Origin: a virus
Lineage: Duplodnaviria; Caudoviricetes
DNA length: 64,000 bases
Reading direction: 5' to 3' (one strand)
Virus record (IMG/VR): IMGVR_UViG_2597489997_000001
Span: 96,001-160,000 of that record
How positions within the stretch are numbered: position 1 is the first letter of the stretch; every line of letters starts with the position of its first letter. A program made the translations under genes and the position numbers. The notes below the pieces were generated by a model. The model did not search any database, was not told where the DNA came from, and saw only the letters and a list, made by a program, of their open reading frames with translations. Below are positions 39,917 through 49,368 of the stretch, piece after piece.

Positions 39917-42900
39917 ATGTATGTAGATCCTAATAAACCTCTTCCGCCTGCCGATACAAAGGAAGACTATCTTGGATCCGTTCTTAATGCTGTTATCGAT
40001 ATCAGTAATAAAAGAACAGAAACGCAAGGTACTCCAGAAGAGTATGAGGAGAAGATAGCCGATCAGCAATGGGAAGCTGATCAAAAGTTGGATGCCTTTT
40101 CTAAATGGGCTGATGACACTCTACTTGCCCACACTAATAAGAAAGGTGCGGTTCATGGAGAGACAAAGGCTTCGGTTGGTCTTAATCTAAAAGACAACTG
40201 GCGCATGGCTACTATTCCTGAGCATGAAGCTGGTCAAGCTAAGAACTTGTTCTGCCACCCATTCGGTTCGAAGAAACTAATCGAAGCACGTTTGGTTATC
40301 GATCCTAAGCGTTATATTCGTTCTCGCATTATTCCTATCGCTTCTGGCGGTCAGCTGGGTAACGTACCGCAATGGCCATTCAGTTGGGAAGAGGGTGAAA
40401 TCACTCAGTCCCTGGATGACCCGTTAGAGTTCTACGGTGAAACTCCGTGGCAGTTCTCTACCGATAACGGTGTGTTCCTTATTCCAGCACTGAACGGTGC
40501 AGATATCCTGACGCAGCACGTTGCTGACCCAGGTCGTCCTAAGCGCGCTGTAACGCCATTTGGCGGGACTAATATTCGTGTCTATAATAAGACCTTGGAT
40601 ATACGTCGTAGTCGTCCCTCTCTGCTGCGTGGGGAGAGTAGCGATGAACCAAGTAACTCTTTGATTAAAGGTTCCGCTCACCTGTTTGACAGGCACACAG
40701 CGTTCTATTGTGAGACTGACTACATTGGCGCCCGTGCATTTAACAAAGGTCGCTTACCGTTTGACGTTCTGACTAACAATGGCGTTACCAAGACAAACTG
40801 GGCCGGGATTCTGGAATCTCGTGAAGACATGTTGTACAACATCAATACAACCATGTTTAACGGAAACCTATCTGGCTGGGGTGACGACATTTACCTCATC
40901 TTTGAAATCGGAATGTGGCAATTCAGTCAGACCGGTTTAGATTCCAAAAATGGTTCAGGTCGTCCTGCTGAAACTATTGCTTCTTTAGGTACTAAGGTTG
41001 AGACATTAACCTTCACAGTTCCTGGTAACGGTAAATTCCGTATCCTGAAGCGCGCTGGTAAGTTGGACGCTATTGCAGTTAAGTTCCGTGATATACTGAA
41101 CTATAATGCAGCAGATAAAGATTTGCTGTGGAACCAGTTTAACCATGCTCACTTTACTCACGTAGCCTTTACTTGGCGTAACCGTTTGAAAGGTGACTTC
41201 GCTCTCCGTGTTCCTGTTGGTTTCAGTAGTAAAGATGGTGCTTATTACACCAACTACTATATGGACATCAACTGTCTGATTAAAGAGAACATGGCGACTA
41301 AGTCAGCCACTGTGGTATTCAATACTCTTCGTGAAGTGGATACGAACATTCAGACATTGAACGCTAACTTCCAGGTTACTGCCACAGGTCGTTTCGTTCA
41401 ATACGCCTATAACGTCAAAGGTGATATCTTCCACCCATTGGTGTTTAACGGGACGTTTGAATCTCAAGGTGGTCACGTCAAGGCGTACACGTTCTATAAC
41501 CGTCAGTATGTCGGTTACTATGAACACAACGTTGATGGAGTAGGTACTTGGATCGCTAATGGCGATAACATCAAACCTACCTTGGTTAAGTACAACTACA
41601 GCCAGATCTCCAACCTGAACCAAGATGGGATGTACGGTGACCACTTACGCCATATCCCTGTGAAAGCAAATACTGACGGGACAACCGACTATCTGGTTTA
41701 CAGTCGTGACTGGCGACATCAGTATCGGTGGTGCGTGGTTAATGTTAAGACGGACACCGCTCCTGAAATGCTGACCAGTACAGGTCACCACTTAGGTCCA
41801 TGGCGTAATAAGGTTGAATGGATTAAACCAAGTCAATCAGCGTTACCTTCATTCTTAATTTCCAATGAAGAGAACTCGACTGTCTTTGATACCAGTGCTC
41901 TGGTGTTTAACACACAGAACGCATTCAAAGGCTTCGCTCGGTTTGGTGTTGATGTTTCCAATGCCGCTAATCCAGTTCAGCCTATGGACGAGGTTGATAT
42001 CGATGACCCAATCCTGACTTGGATTGCTAATAATGGTGGTCGTTGGTCTAAAAGTCACAAACAGATGTTCTATTTCAAGAACAGACTGTTCTGGGTTTCT
42101 CAGACTACCGATGTGAGTGAAGTTAAAGCAGATGGTACCGACACGTATTACGGTTGGATCGCTGACTGCTATCTGGACGTCGTAGGTGACAAACGCATTA
42201 TTAAAGTCAGTGGTGCTCTTGCTGACAAAGGTGTTGCTAAGCCACTCAAGGTAAACCTCAAAACCAGTCTTGCTGTTAAGTCTTCGGAAGTAACAGGTTG
42301 GGATGCTTTTGATTCAACAGACGTTTACACGATGCTGATGAGTCAGACGGGTTCCAGAACAAGTTACCTGGTTATGATGAACCTCGCTCCATTTAACAAC
42401 TTCTACTTCGAATTCAAACTGGATATCGATACCGCACTAGCAACAACATCATTCGCTCCATTGAGCACAGGTGCTGTGGATCCAGTGTTCCCTTACGACC
42501 CTACCAATGGGTTCCAGGTAGATTACGACGCAATTACAGGTTACGGTAAGATCGCACCACACCGCTTCCACGTAAACTTCCAGACACCAGTTATGCTGAA
42601 GAAAGCCATGTGGGCATTCAGAAAGACACCTGGTCACTACGGACTGTTTTCACAATCAATCGGGTTTACTGTCGCTGAAGGTGGAGTCATGAACTCTATC
42701 GAAGGGACGCCTATTTATCCCGTTGGTTCTGTCGTAACTATTGGTGGATCTAACGTGGTTGTTAAATCACCAATCAGTGCCGCACAGTCTCAGTTCGGTG
42801 GAGACGAGGAACTACTGATTAAGCAATACGGTAGCTCTGATCCTTCTTTGACCTCTCCTGATGGTCTGACTCTTTACGGAGTTAAGAACAACTACGGGTT

Positions 42901-45058
42901 AGAGACTCAGCCTAACTCAGGTATCAGCCCTTGTGGTTTCTTGAGGAACAACAAGTTCTATCATTATGACCCTAACGGCTGGCGTCATGCTCTCTTACCA
43001 GTAATTGATGGTAAGCGTATGAGCTTCTATGGGTACGGTAACTCGTTCCCTGCCTTCTTAGGTGTCAATGGTTCCGGTGTTCCTGTTAACCGATTCTTCC
43101 TGCAAGCTCAGGCCACGATTATTCAGTGGGCTACTTCAGAAGGTCGTGTTATCTATATCGGTTCCGGTGCAAACATTAACATTGTGATCAGTGGGGAAAC
43201 CCAGAGTTACGCCGGTGGTGGGACGTACACAATACCTGCTAAGTACACAGGTGCTGTGGATATCCAGATTACTGGTCTGATTACTCTGAAGTGGATGCCT
43301 GGTTTCGGTAACCTGAAACAAATCGGTAACACTGTCACTAGACTGGACTTCTCTGAGTCAACACAGTTTACAATTACTTCTCCATTGCCTTCACGCATTA
43401 CTTCACTGCGTGGAACATTCAGAAATGCTAAAGGTGCTCAATACCCGAACATCGAGTCATGGGATACCAAGAACATTACTGACATGGCTGAGTGTTTCCA
43501 AGGGGCAACTGTCTTCAATGGTAACTTGACTAACTGGAACACGTCCGCTGTTACGACCATGGAAGGGATGTTCGATGGCGCTGCTGCGTTTAACCAGGCA
43601 ATCGGTAAATGGAACGTACAACGTGTTGAGACCATGGGTAAAATGTTCAGAGGGGCGACTGGGTTTAAAGCCGACCTTTCTACCTGGAACATTACCCGTT
43701 GTGCTGTATTCGCAGAGATGTTTAAAGGCGCATCCAACTTCAACGGGAACATCAGTACTTGGAACGTTCTGACCTGTTATGACTTTACCAGTATGTTTGA
43801 AGATACCAACCTCTTCAACGGCGATATCTCTAAATGGATTATTACCGGAGCTACACGCTTCAGTAAGATGTTCAAGAATGCGAAAGCATTTAACGGAGCT
43901 ATCAACATCTGGGATATGTCTTCAGCCATTTACATGGATGAGATGTTCAGCGGAGCTAGTGCGTTTAACAGAACTCTGGCTAACTGGAATACCAGTAAAG
44001 TCATCACGACTCGTGAGATGTTCTACAACGCCACCAACTTCGGTAAAGATGCTGCCTTCGTACTGAGTGCTTGGGATATGCGTCTGAACCTTGACTTGAC
44101 CAGAATGTTCGCTAATAGCGGATTCAACTGTAAGGTCGATGGTTGGAGCTTCGGTAAAGATGCGAGTCTGTACGAAATGTTCCTGGGAACCAAAACGTTC
44201 AACCAAGACATCTCTTCTTGGGATGTGGGTAACGTTGATGACTTCTCTGGGATGTTCAAACAGAGCACTGCATTTAAAACCATCATCTCCAATTGGGTAC
44301 TGGCTTCTGTTAGCAAAATGTCTGGTATGTTTACAGCATCGAGCTTCAGTGGAGACCTTATCGATTGGAATATCAGTTCCACTAAAGACATCATGATGGA
44401 CGGTGTGTTTGCTGATGCTCCATTCTTTAACGGAGCAGGTATCGCTACATGGAACACATCTAAAGTAACCACCATGGCAAGAATGTTTGCCAATGCTGTA
44501 ATCTTTAACCGTGACATTACGGGTTGGGATACCAGCAAGGTAACCACGTTCTTTGAAATGTTCCTCAATGCGAAGGCATTCAACCAAGCTATCGGTGTTT
44601 GGGATGTTTCTTCAGGTACTATCTTCCGCAACATGTTACGATTAGCAATTACCTTTGATCAGGATCTTGATAATTGGAACATGAGTAATGCTACAGACAT
44701 TTCTGATATATTCAGAGAAGCTGCTGCGTTTAACGGTAAAGTGGGTGCTTGGGATACATCTAATGTCATCGCGATGAACGGTACATTTGTATCCTGTCCT
44801 AAGTTCAATCAGGACATATCTGGATGGAACGTGTCTAAAGTTGAAAACTTCGTTGGTATGTTTGGTTCGACACTTGTGTTTAACCAGGATATCAGTGGGT
44901 GGAATACTTCATCTGCTACAACCATGGAAGGCATGTTCAATGCTGCAAAAGCATTCAACCAAGACCTGTCTGGTTGGAATGTTGCTAACGTAACTAACCA
45001 CACTAACTTCGATGTGGGTGCTACAGCATGGGTACTTCCAAGACCTAACTTCGTGTAA
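39917..45058 (+). CDS. Tail fibre paralogue 3 with C-terminal DUF285/BspA-like repeat solenoid
   Basis: 1713 aa, GGAG SD, HGETKASVGL..KDNW.MAT fibre motif, and C-terminal ~25-aa repeats. Confidence 0.75.
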   Translation: MYVDPNKPLPPADTKEDYLGSVLNAVIDISNKRTETQGTPEEYEEKIADQQWEADQKLDAFSKWADDTLLAHTNKKGAVHGETKASVGLNLKDNWRMATIPEHEAGQAKNLFCHPFGSKKLIEARLVIDPKRYIRSRIIPIASGGQLGNVPQWPFSWEEGEITQSLDDPLEFYGETPWQFSTDNGVFLIPALNGADILTQHVADPGRPKRAVTPFGGTNIRVYNKTLDIRRSRPSLLRGESSDEPSNSLIKGSAHLFDRHTAFYCETDYIGARAFNKGRLPFDVLTNNGVTKTNWAGILESREDMLYNINTTMFNGNLSGWGDDIYLIFEIGMWQFSQTGLDSKNGSGRPAETIASLGTKVETLTFTVPGNGKFRILKRAGKLDAIAVKFRDILNYNAADKDLLWNQFNHAHFTHVAFTWRNRLKGDFALRVPVGFSSKDGAYYTNYYMDINCLIKENMATKSATVVFNTLREVDTNIQTLNANFQVTATGRFVQYAYNVKGDIFHPLVFNGTFESQGGHVKAYTFYNRQYVGYYEHNVDGVGTWIANGDNIKPTLVKYNYSQISNLNQDGMYGDHLRHIPVKANTDGTTDYLVYSRDWRHQYRWCVVNVKTDTAPEMLTSTGHHLGPWRNKVEWIKPSQSALPSFLISNEENSTVFDTSALVFNTQNAFKGFARFGVDVSNAANPVQPMDEVDIDDPILTWIANNGGRWSKSHKQMFYFKNRLFWVSQTTDVSEVKADGTDTYYGWIADCYLDVVGDKRIIKVSGALADKGVAKPLKVNLKTSLAVKSSEVTGWDAFDSTDVYTMLMSQTGSRTSYLVMMNLAPFNNFYFEFKLDIDTALATTSFAPLSTGAVDPVFPYDPTNGFQVDYDAITGYGKIAPHRFHVNFQTPVMLKKAMWAFRKTPGHYGLFSQSIGFTVAEGGVMNSIEGTPIYPVGSVVTIGGSNVVVKSPISAAQSQFGGDEELLIKQYGSSDPSLTSPDGLTLYGVKNNYGLETQPNSGISPCGFLRNNKFYHYDPNGWRHALLPVIDGKRMSFYGYGNSFPAFLGVNGSGVPVNRFFLQAQATIIQWATSEGRVIYIGSGANINIVISGETQSYAGGGTYTIPAKYTGAVDIQITGLITLKWMPGFGNLKQIGNTVTRLDFSESTQFTITSPLPSRITSLRGTFRNAKGAQYPNIESWDTKNITDMAECFQGATVFNGNLTNWNTSAVTTMEGMFDGAAAFNQAIGKWNVQRVETMGKMFRGATGFKADLSTWNITRCAVFAEMFKGASNFNGNISTWNVLTCYDFTSMFEDTNLFNGDISKWIITGATRFSKMFKNAKAFNGAINIWDMSSAIYMDEMFSGASAFNRTLANWNTSKVITTREMFYNATNFGKDAAFVLSAWDMRLNLDLTRMFANSGFNCKVDGWSFGKDASLYEMFLGTKTFNQDISSWDVGNVDDFSGMFKQSTAFKTIISNWVLASVSKMSGMFTASSFSGDLIDWNISSTKDIMMDGVFADAPFFNGAGIATWNTSKVTTMARMFANAVIFNRDITGWDTSKVTTFFEMFLNAKAFNQAIGVWDVSSGTIFRNMLRLAITFDQDLDNWNMSNATDISDIFREAAAFNGKVGAWDTSNVIAMNGTFVSCPKFNQDISGWNVSKVENFVGMFGSTLVFNQDISGWNTSSATTMEGMFNAAKAFNQDLSGWNVANVTNHTNFDVGATAWVLPRPNFV
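43442..45055 (+). repeat. About 20 tandem ~25-aa repeats plus cap (I/L-S-x-W-N/D-T/V-S-x-V-x-x-M-x-x-M-F-x-x-A-x-x-F-N-Q-D)
   Basis: Counted by eye in the translation; matches the DUF285 / bacterial surface protein 26-residue repeat pattern. Confidence 0.85.
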
Positions 45059-45062
45059 ACGA

Positions 45063-45106
45063 CATATACTCCCTACCCTTCCTTGCGGAGGGGTAGGGGG
45101 GTTATG
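45063..45106. terminator. Bidirectional hairpin between convergent genes
   Basis: CATATACTCCCTACCCTTCC-ttgc-GGAGGGGTAGGGGGGTTATG. Confidence 0.7.
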
Positions 45107-45115
45107 CTTATGTTA

Positions 45116-46096
45116 TTATGCTGACGGGGTATCTGTTTTACTACCACCAGACTGAACACCACCATGTCGGTGACCGAGGTAACGAATGTTGTCAATGGTC
45201 CAGCCACCTTCAACGCTACCTGCTCCACCAAACTGACTGAATGCTCCTTGAATACCGACGTTACCTTGTACGGTGTAGTTACCCAGTTGGTTATAGTTCC
45301 CTTCGTGAGTAACATTGCCCTTCATATAGATTTCAGGAGAAACCAAAGAGGTCTTCTGAGTTTCCATGCTGATGGACTTATCAGCTTTCAAGCTAAGATC
45401 AGTACATTGGATATCGATCTTATCTTTACCCTTCAGTAACATATTCTTTTCACAAGAAAGGGTGATATCTTTCTTTTCAATATTAATGAAAGACTTCTCA
45501 TCATTAATGAAACTTAAAGCATGCGCCATAGAGTTCAGAGATAAGATATTATTCTCACCATCCACAATACTGAACTTCCCTTCACCTGTATTCAATTCGA
45601 ATGCATATGAAGTAGGCTCCCCATTCCCCTGTCCAGTTAAGAGCTGAATCTTCTTCTGGTGAGTGGAGAGTAAAAGCATGTAATAGTTTTCAGGTGTAAC
45701 TGGTGTGTTCTCATCTACGTTAGGTGACGCAGAGAAAGCCCAGATTATCGTCTCAAGACGCAGAGTCCCATCCATACCAAAGTAAGTCCATAAATACTTG
45801 CTCGTACCTTGGAACTTGTAGACGACTACCTTACTACCTTTACGAACATCCGGAGCTGTTACACGGTTAGTGTTTAAAGCCATCCATTTAGCAGGTACGG
45901 TGTTACTCTGTAAAGAACTACTGGATTGAGTATCACCTGTAGGTGTCAGCGTCGAGGTATTTTTAGTTTCTACCGTCGTCGTTACTTCACCATCGGATTC
46001 TGGGAACAAACCCTTGATATGGATTTGTACCTCATCAGTGTCAACGTCCTTGTCCATAGCGACAACGCCGACACCGTAGCATTCTAACACATTCAT
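45116..46096 (-). CDS. Baseplate central spike protein (P2 gpV / phiKZ gp164-like)
   Basis: N-terminal OB-fold (W......TAPDVRKG.KV), beta-helix repeats (GNV..EGN...GN..VQGNV) and C-terminal H-x-H apex (LGHRHGGVQSG...TDTP). Confidence 0.8.
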   Translation of the reverse strand: MNVLECYGVGVVAMDKDVDTDEVQIHIKGLFPESDGEVTTTVETKNTSTLTPTGDTQSSSSLQSNTVPAKWMALNTNRVTAPDVRKGSKVVVYKFQGTSKYLWTYFGMDGTLRLETIIWAFSASPNVDENTPVTPENYYMLLLSTHQKKIQLLTGQGNGEPTSYAFELNTGEGKFSIVDGENNILSLNSMAHALSFINDEKSFINIEKKDITLSCEKNMLLKGKDKIDIQCTDLSLKADKSISMETQKTSLVSPEIYMKGNVTHEGNYNQLGNYTVQGNVGIQGAFSQFGGAGSVEGGWTIDNIRYLGHRHGGVQSGGSKTDTPSA

Positions 46097-46116
46097 ATTA
46101 GACCCTTGAGGTTATC

Positions 46117-48594
46117 ATGTTAGTTAAACTGATTCTAAAGAATTACATTCCCTTAGCTAAAAAGAATGTGACTTATATCGAACTGAACACCAAAGATGTG
46201 TTTAACATCATCCTTGGTCGAAATGGGTTTGGTAAAACTTCTCTGATGAGACAGCTTACTGTATATCCACCAGATAACGCAGACTATATGCAAGGTGGTT
46301 ATAAAGAAAGTCATCATGTCATTGGTAAGAATAATTACATCCTGAAATCGACAACAGGGAAGTCTTCAGAGCACCACTTTATCCATAACGGTAAGGAGCT
46401 TAATGAAGGTAACACATTATTGGTTCAACGTGAGTTAGTTAAGATTCACTTTGGTGTTACACCAGCAATCAATAATGTCATTACTGGATTAGATGTTCGT
46501 GACTTATTCACGACCTTATCTACAGCTCGCCGTAAAGACTTCCTGATGGCTGTTAACCCAAATGACACCTCTTATGCTCTTAAGGTATTTGAACGTCTTA
46601 AAAGCAATCTGAACTCGATTAAAGGTGGGTTGAAAACTCAGCGTCAGCGTTTAGTCGTAGAGGAAGGTCGTTTATCTCAGTTAGCAGCAATGGACTCTGA
46701 TAAGCTGAACGAAGAGATTCGTGTACTGGATGACCAGATTAAGAATGCACTTCTTATTCATGGTGAGTTGTCTAATATCCAGCATGAAGATATCGTAGAC
46801 CTCCGTACTGAGATTGGTAACATCCTTTCTTTCTTAATTGGTGCTAACCATTCTGTTAAACATGGTCGTCATCAGTTATTGAGAATGAAGGAACAGTGTG
46901 AAGGAACGTTCGAGTATTATAAGAGTCGTGAAATTCGTTACTCAACCACTTTGACGGAATTGACAAGTCAGTTATCTGGCCTTGACCTGGGTAATAATAA
47001 CCTGGACAGTTATCGTCAACGTTTGGCTGTTAACCAAACAGCTATCGAGCTGAATACAGCTGAACTGGAAACACTCCAAAACCGATTTGACAAACACCCA
47101 ATATTTAACGAGATCATGGGTGATGAGAAATTCTACCACATTGCTGAAGAACTGATCTCTTCACTGCATTCGGTCAACCGTGCTCGTGATGCGGATATTA
47201 CTTCGTCTCGTTATGCTGCCAAAGTAGCAGAACTGAACGAGATCAAAATAGAACGAGATAACAAAAAGAATCAGGCTACTGAGATTCGTCATACATTGGC
47301 TCATTTCAATAAAGCTGATCTGATCAACTGTCCTAAGTGTGAAACTAAGTTTAAACTAGGGTTCGAGAACATCGACCTTAATAAACTTAATCATGATCTT
47401 GAAACCATTGAGACTCGTCTTAATGAATTACAAGAACGTTATCGTCTCGTGAATGATTACGTAGATGCTAACGAAGGGTGGTATGAGTCCATGATGGGAT
47501 TATCCCGTTATGCTCGTCGTACTGAATATCCAGCATTCATTACTAAGATCATTGGTGAATACCGTGTGGGTAAAACGGACATCTCCGTGTTGATTGATCT
47601 TATTCGTTCAACGGTAGCCATAGCAGATGTCAAGAAAACGCTTGCGGTCCTTGAAGAAGAAAATAAGAATGTCGAGACACAGATCAAGTTTCTGGAAAGC
47701 TCAAACGTCGAACTGTTGTTTAAAAGGGCGGCATGGGTCGAGCGTGAACTGGCTTCAGTTCAGAATTCTTCCCGAAGAGTCCTTAAACAAATCGAAGGAA
47801 TCGACGACCAACTTGGAACCATCATTCTCGATGCCCAAAAGAGAGATCGACTTGGTTACTTGATGGAAGAGTTAGAAGGGAAAGTTATTAACAATGGTAA
47901 GAATAAAATTCGTATGCGTGTTGCGGATGTTATTACTGAATTGACTCCTCGTAAGAGTCAGCTTATTAGTAACCTTATTCGTGCTGAATCCCTGAACTCA
48001 GTAATCCAATCTATCAAAGACAACATTGCAGACCTGGAACGTCGTGAGAAACACACTGCTTTATTAATGGACGGATTATCACCGACTAAAGGCATCATCG
48101 GTTATCTGATGAATGACTTCTTGAAATCGGTAGTTGCTAACGTTAATGCGATCATTCAACCTATCTGGACTAACCGTTTATCTGTGCTGAACTGCTCAAC
48201 CAGTAAGAGCGACGAAGATGTAGACTTGAGCTATAACTTCCCGCTTATCTCTGGTGCAAGCGATAAGACCAGTAAAGATATTGCAGAAGGTTCCGGTGGT
48301 GAGCGTGAGATCATTAACTTTGCATTCCGTTTAGTGCTTCGTCGTTACTTAGGTGACCGTTGTTCTATCCCATTAATGATGGATGAAGTGGGTGTTGCTT
48401 TTGATGAGCTACACAAAGGACGTTTCTCAGCATACATCGCTGAACAGTTACGTCTGGATAAATTACCGCAAACCTTTATGATTTCTCACAACTATAAAGA
48501 GTATGCGAGTCATGCCGATGCGAACATCATTGCGTTGAACACCGATGGTATTCGTGTTGGGTTCGAAGTCAATAAGAAATCTGTAATCAAATAA
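46117..48594 (+). CDS. sbcC: SbcC/Rad50-like SMC ATPase
   Basis: Walker A GRNGFGKT, coiled coils, zinc hook CPKC, signature SGGE, Walker B LMMDE and ISH. Confidence 0.9.
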   Translation: MLVKLILKNYIPLAKKNVTYIELNTKDVFNIILGRNGFGKTSLMRQLTVYPPDNADYMQGGYKESHHVIGKNNYILKSTTGKSSEHHFIHNGKELNEGNTLLVQRELVKIHFGVTPAINNVITGLDVRDLFTTLSTARRKDFLMAVNPNDTSYALKVFERLKSNLNSIKGGLKTQRQRLVVEEGRLSQLAAMDSDKLNEEIRVLDDQIKNALLIHGELSNIQHEDIVDLRTEIGNILSFLIGANHSVKHGRHQLLRMKEQCEGTFEYYKSREIRYSTTLTELTSQLSGLDLGNNNLDSYRQRLAVNQTAIELNTAELETLQNRFDKHPIFNEIMGDEKFYHIAEELISSLHSVNRARDADITSSRYAAKVAELNEIKIERDNKKNQATEIRHTLAHFNKADLINCPKCETKFKLGFENIDLNKLNHDLETIETRLNELQERYRLVNDYVDANEGWYESMMGLSRYARRTEYPAFITKIIGEYRVGKTDISVLIDLIRSTVAIADVKKTLAVLEEENKNVETQIKFLESSNVELLFKRAAWVERELASVQNSSRRVLKQIEGIDDQLGTIILDAQKRDRLGYLMEELEGKVINNGKNKIRMRVADVITELTPRKSQLISNLIRAESLNSVIQSIKDNIADLERREKHTALLMDGLSPTKGIIGYLMNDFLKSVVANVNAIIQPIWTNRLSVLNCSTSKSDEDVDLSYNFPLISGASDKTSKDIAEGSGGEREIINFAFRLVLRRYLGDRCSIPLMMDEVGVAFDELHKGRFSAYIAEQLRLDKLPQTFMISHNYKEYASHADANIIALNTDGIRVGFEVNKKSVIK

Positions 48595-48626
48595 CAACGG
48601 GGCTTCGGCCCCATTAAGGAAGAGTG

Positions 48627-49145
48627 ATGCAAAAGTTATTCCCTATCGCTAACAGAAATACCCGCCATCTGTTTATCGATCCACTGTTGAGTAAACCAAG
48701 CTTCGTTGCAGGTGAAGGTTATGTTAGTGGGGAAATGACCAGCTTTATTAAACCAGGTAAAGTTCCTAACCTGGCTGAGCTGTGCCGACCTGAAGATGTG
48801 AAGTTCACAGTAACAGAAGAACCCGATCCAACTACTATGGGTATCAGTGAGATCATGTTCGGCATGTATGACGAAAATAAGGAATGGCGCGTTGTATCCG
48901 TTACCGATCTCGATATTCCATTTGTTGCTGACGGCCCTGCTCGTTCGACAATCGATGGGTGCATGGCAGTCCAACATCCGTTCAAAGAAAAGGGTATGGT
49001 AAATATTCCAATCAGTCTTCTATATGAACGTGGGACTCGTGCGCTGACATTTAAAGAAGTTCCAAATGTCGGTTATGACTCTGGTGTTCCACAAATTCTG
49101 GGCATTAAACTGAACCTGGATTGGCGTGACGCTAAGATCGTTTAA
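48627..49145 (+). CDS. Stand-alone paralogue of an internal major-capsid domain (copy 1)
   Basis: AAGGA SD. Collinear motifs with MCP residues ~182-405, e.g. TSFIKPGKVPNLAELCR vs TNFLAIRKINNLLSLCR and ISLLYERGTR vs LSATYHRSTR. Confidence 0.7.
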   Translation: MQKLFPIANRNTRHLFIDPLLSKPSFVAGEGYVSGEMTSFIKPGKVPNLAELCRPEDVKFTVTEEPDPTTMGISEIMFGMYDENKEWRVVSVTDLDIPFVADGPARSTIDGCMAVQHPFKEKGMVNIPISLLYERGTRALTFKEVPNVGYDSGVPQILGIKLNLDWRDAKIV

Positions 49146-49153
49146 TACATATC

Positions 49154-49191
49154 GATTAAACTTCCTAGGATGATCCCTGGGAGGTTTAATC
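49154..49191 (+). terminator. Hairpin
   Basis: GATTAAACTTCCTAG...CTGGGAGGTTTAATC after the stop codon, preceded by CATA. Confidence 0.55.
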
Positions 49192-49289
49192 CTTGCGGTA
49201 AGGTGATTCATCGATAAAAATCAATCTTTTGTTAAAACACTCTTTATACGTCGCGAAAGCGGTGTGTAAAAAGTAGACCGCCAGTATAT

Positions 49290-49313
49290 TTTAAGCAGAT
49301 ATTATCTTTATGT
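49290..49313 (+). promoter_or_regulatory. Phage early-type promoter motif
   Basis: TTTAAGCAGATATTATCTTTATGT, near-identical to 13727-13750. Confidence 0.65.
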
Positions 49314-49368
49314 CTAAGCGATAGAAATATTTACTGCTCCGATCAATTTACTTATAGGTACTACACAC

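Noticed and set aside
43922-44634. Two antisense ORFs over 200 aa within the repeat region
   Set aside because: Shadows of the repetitive DUF285 coding sequence.
43442-45058. Possible CRISPR array or diversity-generating retroelement target
   Set aside because: Periodicity is at protein level only. No identical DNA repeats with spacers, and no reverse transcriptase or template/variable repeat pair was seen.
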